Positions 8,284 through 15,738 of a stretch of 64,000 nt of DNA are shown here, in pieces (position 1 is the first letter of the stretch; every line of letters begins with the position of its first letter). The stretch is taken from the NCBI GenBank assembly GCA_965220105.1, contig OZ244811.1:2819136-2883135 (forward strand). Direction: 5' to 3'. The DNA is from Dehalococcoidia bacterium (GTDB taxonomy: Bacteria; Chloroflexota; Dehalococcoidia; Lucifugimonadales; UBA3495). Made by a program: the position numbers and the translations under genes. The notes under the pieces are model-generated. The model worked only from the letters and a program-made list of their open reading frames with translations, did not search any database and was not told the DNA's origin.

Positions 8284-9129
8284 ATGACGATGACCCCGTT
8301 TGTTGACCGCCTGCGTCAAGGCTGCTGCGACGTCAAAAGTTTGCTGTGCGTGGGCCTGGACCCGAACCTCGATGCCATGCCGGTCGGAGACGTTAGCGAG
8401 TTCAATCGGGCCATCGTGGACGCCACCGCCGACCTGGTCTGCGCCTACAAACCCAATCTGGCCTTCTACGAAGCGTTGGGGCCGAACGGGCTGAGTGCCC
8501 TGGTGGATACGGTCGGCCACATCCGCGATTGCGCGCCCCACGCCATCATCATCGGCGACTGCAAACGCGGCGACATAGATTCGTCCGCCACCGCCTACGC
8601 ATCGGCTATGTTCGACGTGTGGGGGTTCGACGCGGTAACCGTCAACCCCTGGGGAGGCATGGACACCGTGAAGCCGTGGTTGACCAACCCGGGGCGCGGC
8701 GCGTTTATCTGGTGCCGCGGGTCCAACGCCGGAGCGGCTGACCTGCAGGACGTAGAAGTGCCCGACGGCAGGGGCGGTGGAGAACCGTTGTACCTGCGGC
8801 TGGCCCGACAGACGCGACTGCTGTCTGGAGGCGGCAACCTGGGCCTGGTGCTCGGCGCCACCGCTCCGGAGCAGTTGACCGCCGTTCGCCAGGTCTGCCC
8901 CGACATGCCACTCCTGATCCCCGGCGTGGGCGCCCAGGGAGGCGAACTCGCCGCCGCCGTGCGCGGTGGCGTGGACGCCAACGGCCGGTTGGCCATTATC
9001 AACTCCTCCCGGGGCATCATCTACGCTTCCCGTGGCAGCGACTACGCCGACGCCGCCCGCGCCGCCGCCGGCAGACTGCGGAACGACATCAACCAGGTTT
9101 TGGACGAGGTCGGACTGGGATGGCCCTAG
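8284..9129 (+). CDS. pyrF: Orotidine 5'-phosphate decarboxylase (type 2)
   Basis: 281-aa ORF with LCVGLDPNLD, AYKPNLAFYEALG and DCKRGDIDSSA motifs. Confidence 0.9.
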   Translation: MTMTPFVDRLRQGCCDVKSLLCVGLDPNLDAMPVGDVSEFNRAIVDATADLVCAYKPNLAFYEALGPNGLSALVDTVGHIRDCAPHAIIIGDCKRGDIDSSATAYASAMFDVWGFDAVTVNPWGGMDTVKPWLTNPGRGAFIWCRGSNAGAADLQDVEVPDGRGGGEPLYLRLARQTRLLSGGGNLGLVLGATAPEQLTAVRQVCPDMPLLIPGVGAQGGELAAAVRGGVDANGRLAIINSSRGIIYASRGSDYADAARAAAGRLRNDINQVLDEVGLGWP

Positions 9130-9359
9130 ACATCAAACCCGGCGACATCAGGGCCGGCGACCTGTTGCGCCTGAAGAAACCCCATCCCTGCGGCGGCAAT
9201 CTCTGGAAGGTGAACCGGGTGGGCGGCGACATCGGACTGTTCTGCCAGACCTGCGGCCACTACATTATGGTGCCGCGATTTCGCATGGAGCGGCGCATCC
9301 GGGAAATCACCCGCCCCACCGGGGGCGTCGCCGGCAACTCGGAACCGCCCGCCCCGTGA
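9120..9359 (+). CDS. DUF951 family protein
   Basis: 79-aa ORF. GDLLRLKKPHPCGGNLWKVNRVGGDIGLFCQTCGHYIMVPR matches the DUF951 pattern. Confidence 0.75.
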   Translation: MALDIKPGDIRAGDLLRLKKPHPCGGNLWKVNRVGGDIGLFCQTCGHYIMVPRFRMERRIREITRPTGGVAGNSEPPAP

Positions 9360-10603
9360 TTCGACGCCTGTTTGCGACCCTGTTCGGCAGGTACCGCAGA
9401 GTTACTCTCCTGTCCATCACGGTCGCTGTCAACAGCTTTGGCATGGGTACCATCGCCCCCGTGCTGCCCCTGTTCACCGAGCGGGAATATAACGCCAACG
9501 CCGCCCAGGTCGGCATCGCCATTGGCCTCTTCGGCGCGGGACGCCTGGTCACCAGTCTTCCCGCCGGATATTTCTCCCAGCTGTACGGACGACTTCCCGT
9601 GATGGCTTTGGGAGCCGCGATTAACCTCGTGGGCGCGTCCATGGTCTCGTTGTCGTTCAGCTATTGGTGGCTCACCAGTTGGCGCTTCGTGTCTGGCGTC
9701 GGCGGCAGCGTGTTCAACACCGTGGCCACGGTGTACCTGCGCGACGAAACCAGTCCCGAGACGAGGGGACGCCTGTTGAGTACCCAGGAGATGAGCATCC
9801 TCGCCGGCCAGATCCTCGGGCCGTTGCTGGGAGGTTACCTGGGTAGCGCCTTCGGTTTGCGAATACCGCTCTACGTCCAGGCCGTGCTGATGGCCCTGTC
9901 CCTGGCCGTGATTCTGTTCGTACTACCGGAATCGCGCTGGCGCGAAGAACAGGCCGTCCGCCGCCGGGCATCCCCTCCGGGAGGTCCGCAAGCCCAGCCT
10001 CCGGGCGGGCGTCAGCGGGGCGCATTCTGGCGGTTGATATTCAGTCCCGCCTTCATATTCGTGGGCATGTTTGCCCTGATGATAGTTGCCAATCGGCAGG
10101 GCGCGCGCTTCAGCGTCATGCCCCTGTTTGGGCGCGTCAAGGGGTTTAGCCCGGCGGATCTGGGGCTGTGGTTCAGTATTACTCATTTCCCACAACTGTT
10201 CTCCACATTCGCTTCCGGGTACCTGTCCGACCGTTTCGGGCGCAAGTGGCCCATTATCCCCTCGATAATTCTGATGTGCGCCGGGATCACAGTATTCGTG
10301 TGGGCCGGCGACTTGTGGCAACTGCTGGTTTCGGGCGTTCTGATGGGAATGGGCGAGGGCCTGGGCAGTCCGGCCGGCACCGTGTTCTTCGCCGATATTG
10401 CTCCCCCGGGTCTGGAGGGAGTAACCATCGGCCTGCTCCGCACCTTCGGAGGGTTGGGGACTATCGCCGGGGCCATGATTCTGGGCGCGGTGGCCGACGT
10501 CGCCGGCTTTCCCTGGTCCCTGTGGGTCGATGCCATCGTGTTCGCCGCGTCGGGGATCGGTGTCATTCTATTCGTCCGGGAAACCCGCCGCCGCAGAGTC
10601 TAG
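9356..10603 (+). CDS. MFS transporter
   Basis: In-frame GTG at 9356 (GTGA overlap with the upstream stop) gives VIRRLFATLFGRYRRVTLLSITVAVNSFGMG... with about 12 hydrophobic segments. The 545-aa ORF-track extension upstream is Pro/Arg-rich and overlaps pyrF. Confidence 0.8.
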   Translation: MIRRLFATLFGRYRRVTLLSITVAVNSFGMGTIAPVLPLFTEREYNANAAQVGIAIGLFGAGRLVTSLPAGYFSQLYGRLPVMALGAAINLVGASMVSLSFSYWWLTSWRFVSGVGGSVFNTVATVYLRDETSPETRGRLLSTQEMSILAGQILGPLLGGYLGSAFGLRIPLYVQAVLMALSLAVILFVLPESRWREEQAVRRRASPPGGPQAQPPGGRQRGAFWRLIFSPAFIFVGMFALMIVANRQGARFSVMPLFGRVKGFSPADLGLWFSITHFPQLFSTFASGYLSDRFGRKWPIIPSIILMCAGITVFVWAGDLWQLLVSGVLMGMGEGLGSPAGTVFFADIAPPGLEGVTIGLLRTFGGLGTIAGAMILGAVADVAGFPWSLWVDAIVFAASGIGVILFVRETRRRRV

Positions 10604-10639
10604 CGAAACGTCAGTGGGCGGCGCCACGGCCCCGCCGGG

Positions 10640-12010
10640 TTAGCTATCCGCCGATACTGCTTCCCCAGAGACTGATTCCGCCGAGACCGATTCCGTGTGC
10701 ATCGACACCGCCGGGTGGTCGATCCGAACTCTGAATAGCAGCCCAGCGCCGATGATGAAAAGCAGCGCGCTCGCGCCCATCAACGCGGTATAACCGAATC
10801 CGGGGCCGTGCCACACCGTTACCAGGTCGGGTAGCGGGCCAATGGCCTTGGCGATGGCGGCTCCGATCACGGAACCCAGGTTCACCATGCCCATGTGCTG
10901 CGCTTCCCGCCCCGGCGTGCCCAGGTCGTTGGCCATGGCCCAGTGGGCGGCCAGCACCACGCCTACGGAACCCCCGATTACACTGGCCACCAGCACCGCT
11001 TGAAGATAAGTGGTGACCCAAATCATGCCCAGCGTCGATGCCACGGCAAGCGTCGCCCCGGCCATCAATACCGGTTTACGCCCAATCCGGTCTGACAACC
11101 AGCCGGCGGGATACGTGGTCAATACCAGCATGCCGCCGATGCCGATAATCGCGACGCCCAGGGCTTGTGCCGGGTTTTCCACCTGCACCTTGTCGCGCAG
11201 GAAAAAAAGCCCATAGGTGGTGAAGATGACCACCGCTGCCAGGAACGCCGCCCGCGATACCACGAACCAGGGCAGGTCCGGGTGCAGTCGAACCATGCTG
11301 GTGGACTCGGGAAAGGACATGGCGGCCCGACGGAACGAGCCGGTGACCGGCCCGCCCGATCGCTGCATCCGCCGGTAGATGGTCATAAAACTAATCGCGG
11401 CGCAGCCGAAAATGATCACGCCAAAGAGGCCCAGCGTCGCCCAAAGCCAATAAGCCGTTTCCCGCCCGGTGTAGCGACCGACCAGCATGCCCGCCACAAA
11501 CAATATGGTGGCTCCGCCCATGGCGTCCAGCAGCGTTTTCACCGACGCCGAAGCACCCACGCGGCCCGGCGGCACCAACTCCCGCACGCTGGCCAGGTAA
11601 GGCGAATAACCGATACCTGCGTTGATCTGGATGAACAGCCAGATCACCAACAAGCTCACGTAATTCAATGGCAGCGCCAGGCCGGCCAGTCCAACCGGAA
11701 TGCAGAGGCACGTCCACAACAGATAAGGCAACCGCCGCCCGATGCGCGACCTGGTGCGGTCACTGGCCCACCCCACCGGAACCTGTACCAGCGCGGCAGC
11801 GCCGAGACCAATGAGTCCCAGCACTCCCAGCAGGGTGTTCTTGGCCGCCTCCGGCGCCACTTCCAGCACCAGCACCGGAATCACCACGGTGTCCATGGCG
11901 AGAATGAAACCCGCGATTCCAAAGCTATAGGCGTTCAGCCGGAGCAAATCCCGTTTACCCCACCGATCGGTTGGGGGTGAACGCCGTGAACGGGTGGCAA
12001 ACGCAGTCAT
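10640..12010 (-). CDS. MFS transporter
   Basis: 456-aa ORF, strongly hydrophobic. GWASDRTRSRIGRRLPY is an MFS loop 2-3 type motif. Confidence 0.8.
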   Translation of the reverse strand: MTAFATRSRRSPPTDRWGKRDLLRLNAYSFGIAGFILAMDTVVIPVLVLEVAPEAAKNTLLGVLGLIGLGAAALVQVPVGWASDRTRSRIGRRLPYLLWTCLCIPVGLAGLALPLNYVSLLVIWLFIQINAGIGYSPYLASVRELVPPGRVGASASVKTLLDAMGGATILFVAGMLVGRYTGRETAYWLWATLGLFGVIIFGCAAISFMTIYRRMQRSGGPVTGSFRRAAMSFPESTSMVRLHPDLPWFVVSRAAFLAAVVIFTTYGLFFLRDKVQVENPAQALGVAIIGIGGMLVLTTYPAGWLSDRIGRKPVLMAGATLAVASTLGMIWVTTYLQAVLVASVIGGSVGVVLAAHWAMANDLGTPGREAQHMGMVNLGSVIGAAIAKAIGPLPDLVTVWHGPGFGYTALMGASALLFIIGAGLLFRVRIDHPAVSMHTESVSAESVSGEAVSADS

Positions 12011-12058
12011 GGTCGGCTGGATTTACCTGCAAGTCTCGGGGTAAGTTATCCGAGTATA

Positions 12059-12067
12059 TGCTAGAAT
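12059..12067 (+). promoter_or_regulatory. Possible extended -10 promoter (TGcTAGAAT)
   Basis: tgctagaat lies about 85 nt upstream of the GTG at 12150. No good -35 seen. Confidence 0.3.
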
Positions 12068-12149
12068 CCCCGGGCCGGCTACGGTCGGACTGCACCCCAG
12101 CCCGCTCTGTCGATTCCACTCCGGGAGAACGAACCAGGGAGAACGAACC

Positions 12150-13199
12150 GTGCGTATCTGTTCGCTGCTGCCCAGCGGTACCGAAATACTTTTCGCCCTG
12201 GGTTTGGGCGACCAGATTATTGGCGTAACCGACCTGTGCGACTACCCGCCGGCGGCATTGGACAAGCGCATCGTTTGCCGCAGCCGCATTGATCCATCCA
12301 AACTGTCCAGCGAAGAAGTCGAGGCCGAGATGCACCGAATCCTGGCCGCCGGCGAGAGTCCCTACGACCTGGACGTGGCATGGCTCCGCAGCGCCGCGCC
12401 GGACGTGGTGCTAACCCAGGATTTGTGCTACTTCTGCGAAGTGGACGCCGGCACGGTGGGACGCGCCATAGCGCCCATCGCCATTCCCCCAAGGATGCTC
12501 AACCTGAACCCGCGCACGCTGGACGAGATACTCGACAGCTTCCTGGAGATTGGACGGGCCTGCCAGAGCCTGCAACGCGCAAACCAGCTGGTCGATTCGC
12601 TGCGGGCTCGCATCGACGCCGTTGTTGGAGCGCTGGCCGATGTCTCCCATCGTCCGGCAGTGTTCTCCCTGGAAGGGGTGAACCCCCTGGTCATCGGCGG
12701 CCACTGGGTCACCGACCTGATGCTTACCGCCGGCGGACGCCTGCCGGAACGGTTCGCGCCGGGATGCCCGGCGGAACGCATCGAATGGGGCGAAGTGGTG
12801 GCCGCCGCACCGGACAAACTGTACGTCGATTTGTGCTCGTCGGACCTGGAGCGCGGTCGGCGGGAGATACCCTGGCTGGCCGCACAACCGGGCTGGAACG
12901 AGTTGCCCGCCGTCCGGTCAGGCGAGGTCTACCTGATTGACCACAGCACCCTGAGCCGCCCCGGGCCTCGCATCGTGGACGGCCTGGAGGCGGTGGCCCA
13001 ACTCACCCATCCTGACCGTTTCTCCGGCTGTATTCCCGACGGAATGGTTCTGAAACTGGACCGGGACGTTGCGAGTAAATTGCCCACAGATCGAATCAGC
13101 GACGCATTCTATCCCTGGCCAGCCGATAATCTCCCGAACGCGGATTCTGTGCATGAATTCGTGGCGGCGTCTGGCATTAGTGATACTAGCCGGGTATAA
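12150..13199 (+). CDS. BtuF-like cobalamin/siderophore-type binding protein (Peripla_BP_2 fold) without signal peptide
   Basis: 349-aa ORF. MRICSLLPSGTEILFALGLGDQIIGVTDLCDYPP matches the start of the mature BtuF-like domain. No N-terminal signal sequence. Confidence 0.7.
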   Translation: MRICSLLPSGTEILFALGLGDQIIGVTDLCDYPPAALDKRIVCRSRIDPSKLSSEEVEAEMHRILAAGESPYDLDVAWLRSAAPDVVLTQDLCYFCEVDAGTVGRAIAPIAIPPRMLNLNPRTLDEILDSFLEIGRACQSLQRANQLVDSLRARIDAVVGALADVSHRPAVFSLEGVNPLVIGGHWVTDLMLTAGGRLPERFAPGCPAERIEWGEVVAAAPDKLYVDLCSSDLERGRREIPWLAAQPGWNELPAVRSGEVYLIDHSTLSRPGPRIVDGLEAVAQLTHPDRFSGCIPDGMVLKLDRDVASKLPTDRISDAFYPWPADNLPNADSVHEFVAASGISDTSRV

Positions 13200-13232
13200 T
13201 CATCGGCAGACTACCAGAGGAGTGAATTCGCC

Positions 13233-13718
13233 GTGGTTGACACACTCGAATTTCGGACCGCGATGTCCAAATTTGCTACCGGCGTAACCGTCGTTACTAC
13301 TCTGGACCCCGAGGGAGTGCCTCATGCCATGACGGCTAATGCCTTCACCTCGGTGTGTCTGGATCCGCCCACGCTGCTGGTGTGCGTAGCCCACAACACC
13401 ATCACCTACGGGTACGTGGAAGCGCAGCAGCGCATTGGCGTGAACGTGTTGCGCGAAGAACAGGAAGAGCTGGGCCAGTACTTCGCCCGCCGTCCGGAAC
13501 AGCGGGAAGGTGACCCCGATTACTCCTACACCATCGGCGACCACGGCGTGCCCGCCCTGGACGGTTCCATGGTCTTCTTCAATTGCGACATCGTGGGCGC
13601 CCACGTCTACGGCGACCACACGATATACGTTGGTGAAGTCAAGGCAATGGTGCGGAACGACCAGGACGCCAACCCGCTCATGTTCTTCGACAGCCACTGG
13701 TACCATCCCGGGCACTGA
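13233..13718 (+). CDS. Flavin reductase family protein
   Basis: 161-aa ORF. FRTAMSKFATGVTVVTT...MTANAFTSVCLDPPTLLVCV is the classic flavin reductase domain. Confidence 0.85.
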   Translation: MVDTLEFRTAMSKFATGVTVVTTLDPEGVPHAMTANAFTSVCLDPPTLLVCVAHNTITYGYVEAQQRIGVNVLREEQEELGQYFARRPEQREGDPDYSYTIGDHGVPALDGSMVFFNCDIVGAHVYGDHTIYVGEVKAMVRNDQDANPLMFFDSHWYHPGH

Positions 13719-13746
13719 TAGCCGGCGAATTAGAGGTCAGCGGTCA

Positions 13747-14541
13747 ATGCTGGATGTGGATCAAATCTACCACGCAGACGCGTTCGAGTTGTTCCCACAA
13801 ATAGACGACGGTTCGATAGACCTCGTGGTTTGTGACGGCCCGTACGGAGTAACTGCCAACGCGTGGGATCGAGTTGGCAACATCCAAGAGTTCAACTTGG
13901 AGCTAATTCGCATATTCTCCGCCAAATTGAAAGACGGTGGGGCCCTGTATCTATTTGGGAAGTCAGATTGCATTGACTTCATCGATTACCGGCCGTATCT
14001 CAACTTACGATCTCGAATCGTTTGGTACCAACCAAGCCGGCTATCGCAGGGTAGGATAAGCTACACAAACAACTACGATACGATTTGCTATTTCGTGAAG
14101 GGGAAGCGCCCGAAGGTATTCGACCTTGACGCTATAAGGGTCCCTCAATTGGTGGAATTAGAGCACAGGCTACGTTGTGAAAGGGTACCTTCAGTCAAAA
14201 ATGGCAGGTTCGGAAAAACGAAATTTAGCGATAAAGGGAAAAACCCTGGCGACGTTTGGGGCGACATCAAACAGTTAACGTACAAATCCAAAGAACTCGT
14301 GAGCCGAAAAGCTCTAAACACTGTGCAAAAGCCGGAGAAATTAATTGAGCGCCTCGTACTAGCAAGCTCGTTAGTCGGTGACTTAGTCCTCGACCCATTT
14401 GCCGGGGTGGGTACGTGCTCGGTAGTGTGCCGTCAATTAGACCGGCATTTCATAGGGATCGAAAAGGACGCAAGTTTTGTATCGGAGGGCATCTCCCGTT
14501 TGGAAAACCTTAGGAGCAGCACAACATTGCGTGTTTTTTGA
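13747..14541 (+). CDS. Type II DNA methyltransferase, beta class (N4-C or N6-A)
   Basis: ATG at 13747 is in frame in ORF 13510..14541. Motif IV-like VVCDGPYGV is near the N-terminus and motif I LDPFAGVGT is near the C-terminus (beta order). GC visibly lower than the flanks. Confidence 0.85.
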   Translation: MLDVDQIYHADAFELFPQIDDGSIDLVVCDGPYGVTANAWDRVGNIQEFNLELIRIFSAKLKDGGALYLFGKSDCIDFIDYRPYLNLRSRIVWYQPSRLSQGRISYTNNYDTICYFVKGKRPKVFDLDAIRVPQLVELEHRLRCERVPSVKNGRFGKTKFSDKGKNPGDVWGDIKQLTYKSKELVSRKALNTVQKPEKLIERLVLASSLVGDLVLDPFAGVGTCSVVCRQLDRHFIGIEKDASFVSEGISRLENLRSSTTLRVF

Positions 14542-15038
14542 TTATGACCCGCGATATCAAGCGACAGATTATAGCCTTGGTACTTCAAGCGTCGGAACTT
14601 GCTCGTTCGATTGGGATAGCCAATCTGCTTCAACCCGGGTTGGTGAAAGAAATGGTCATCGCTGATATCCTTGGGCACGAATTGATCCACTCGAAACGCG
14701 ATGCCGATGCACATGCAAGAGGTGACCCGAACGAAAAATACGAATACCTTTCGTGTAAAGAAGGTGGCAGCGGTCAGTTAGACCGGATGTTTAAAGAACC
14801 CCCCGAAAAACGCGAGGAATCTCTAACCAGAATTACCCGTAATACTCAATTCTATCTCGCCGTGTTTTACGCGAATAACCAAAGCGCATGCAAAGTGATT
14901 TATGAGATCAGTCCCGACGTCATCTTGGCTGAAACTGAGTTGAGATTGGACAATAGCAGAAATGCTATATCCCACGTCGGATTTTCTGAGAATTGGGCCC
15001 GGGAAAACGGTCGGATAGTTTACGAGGACAAACCATAG
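14538..15038 (+). CDS. Type II restriction endonuclease, PvuII-like
   Basis: 166-aa ORF overlapping the methylase stop (TTG 14538 or ATG 14544). By-eye similarity to R.PvuII blocks: GIANLLQPGLVKEMVIADILG..KRDADA..KYEYLSCK, VIYEISPDVI and ARENGRIVY. Size is similar to PvuII (157 aa). Confidence 0.6.
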   Translation: MIMTRDIKRQIIALVLQASELARSIGIANLLQPGLVKEMVIADILGHELIHSKRDADAHARGDPNEKYEYLSCKEGGSGQLDRMFKEPPEKREESLTRITRNTQFYLAVFYANNQSACKVIYEISPDVILAETELRLDNSRNAISHVGFSENWARENGRIVYEDKP

Positions 15039-15039
15039 C

Positions 15040-15732
15040 CTATCCTCTCCTCCAACCCTCCAACCGCTCCAGGAACCCCGCCACGGCCTCGTTGACCGCT
15101 GCGGGCTGCTCCAGCGTGACGAAGTGGCCCGAACCGGGAACCACCACCACCGCGGCGTCCTGCAACTCTCGCGCCAGGTATTCGGCGTAGCGCACCGGGG
15201 TCATCACATCGTCCTGACCCACGATGACCAACGAGGGCAGCGCAATTTCTCTCACCCGTTCCATCACGTCGAACCGGTCGCAGGCCGACAGGTCGTTGTG
15301 CTCGACCATTGGGCCGGACTCCAGGGCCCGGGCCGCCAGTTGTGGCGCCAGTTCCCGATTGATCGCCTCGTAATATCCGGGAGCTTCCGACCTCCACTGG
15401 GCGTCGTCCAGGCAACGGTTCAGGTAGTCCGGATGCACGCGCAGACGCGCTCCGGTGCCGATTAGCACCAGGCCGGCCAGGTCTTGGGGAAAACGCAATG
15501 CGTAGTCCAGCGCAATGGCGCCGCCCATAGAGTGCCCGAACAGCACGAAGGGCGGATAACCTCGCGCCAACGCATAATCTCGTAGCCAATCGACGTAGCC
15601 GGCGATGCTGTCCCGCGGTTCTCCGTCCGGGTGGCCGGGCAGGTTCACCGCGTCCGCATCCGAAAATCGGGCGGTCTGATAGTGGTAGGTAAGCTCGTTT
15701 TGTCCCGAGCCGTGCACCATCACCAGTTGCAT
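15040..15732 (-). CDS. Alpha/beta hydrolase
   Basis: 230-aa ORF with a GHSMGG nucleophile elbow and an HG oxyanion motif (MVHGSGQ). Confidence 0.8.
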   Translation of the reverse strand: MQLVMVHGSGQNELTYHYQTARFSDADAVNLPGHPDGEPRDSIAGYVDWLRDYALARGYPPFVLFGHSMGGAIALDYALRFPQDLAGLVLIGTGARLRVHPDYLNRCLDDAQWRSEAPGYYEAINRELAPQLAARALESGPMVEHNDLSACDRFDVMERVREIALPSLVIVGQDDVMTPVRYAEYLARELQDAAVVVVPGSGHFVTLEQPAAVNEAVAGFLERLEGWRRG

Positions 15733-15738
15733 GGGGAG

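Noticed and set aside
12011-12149. Cobalamin riboswitch upstream of the BtuF-like gene
   Set aside because: The spacer is only about 140 nt, and I could not find the B12-box (AGYCMGGAGACCKGCC-like) or the conserved GGGAA/GGTG core. An Infernal scan would be decisive.
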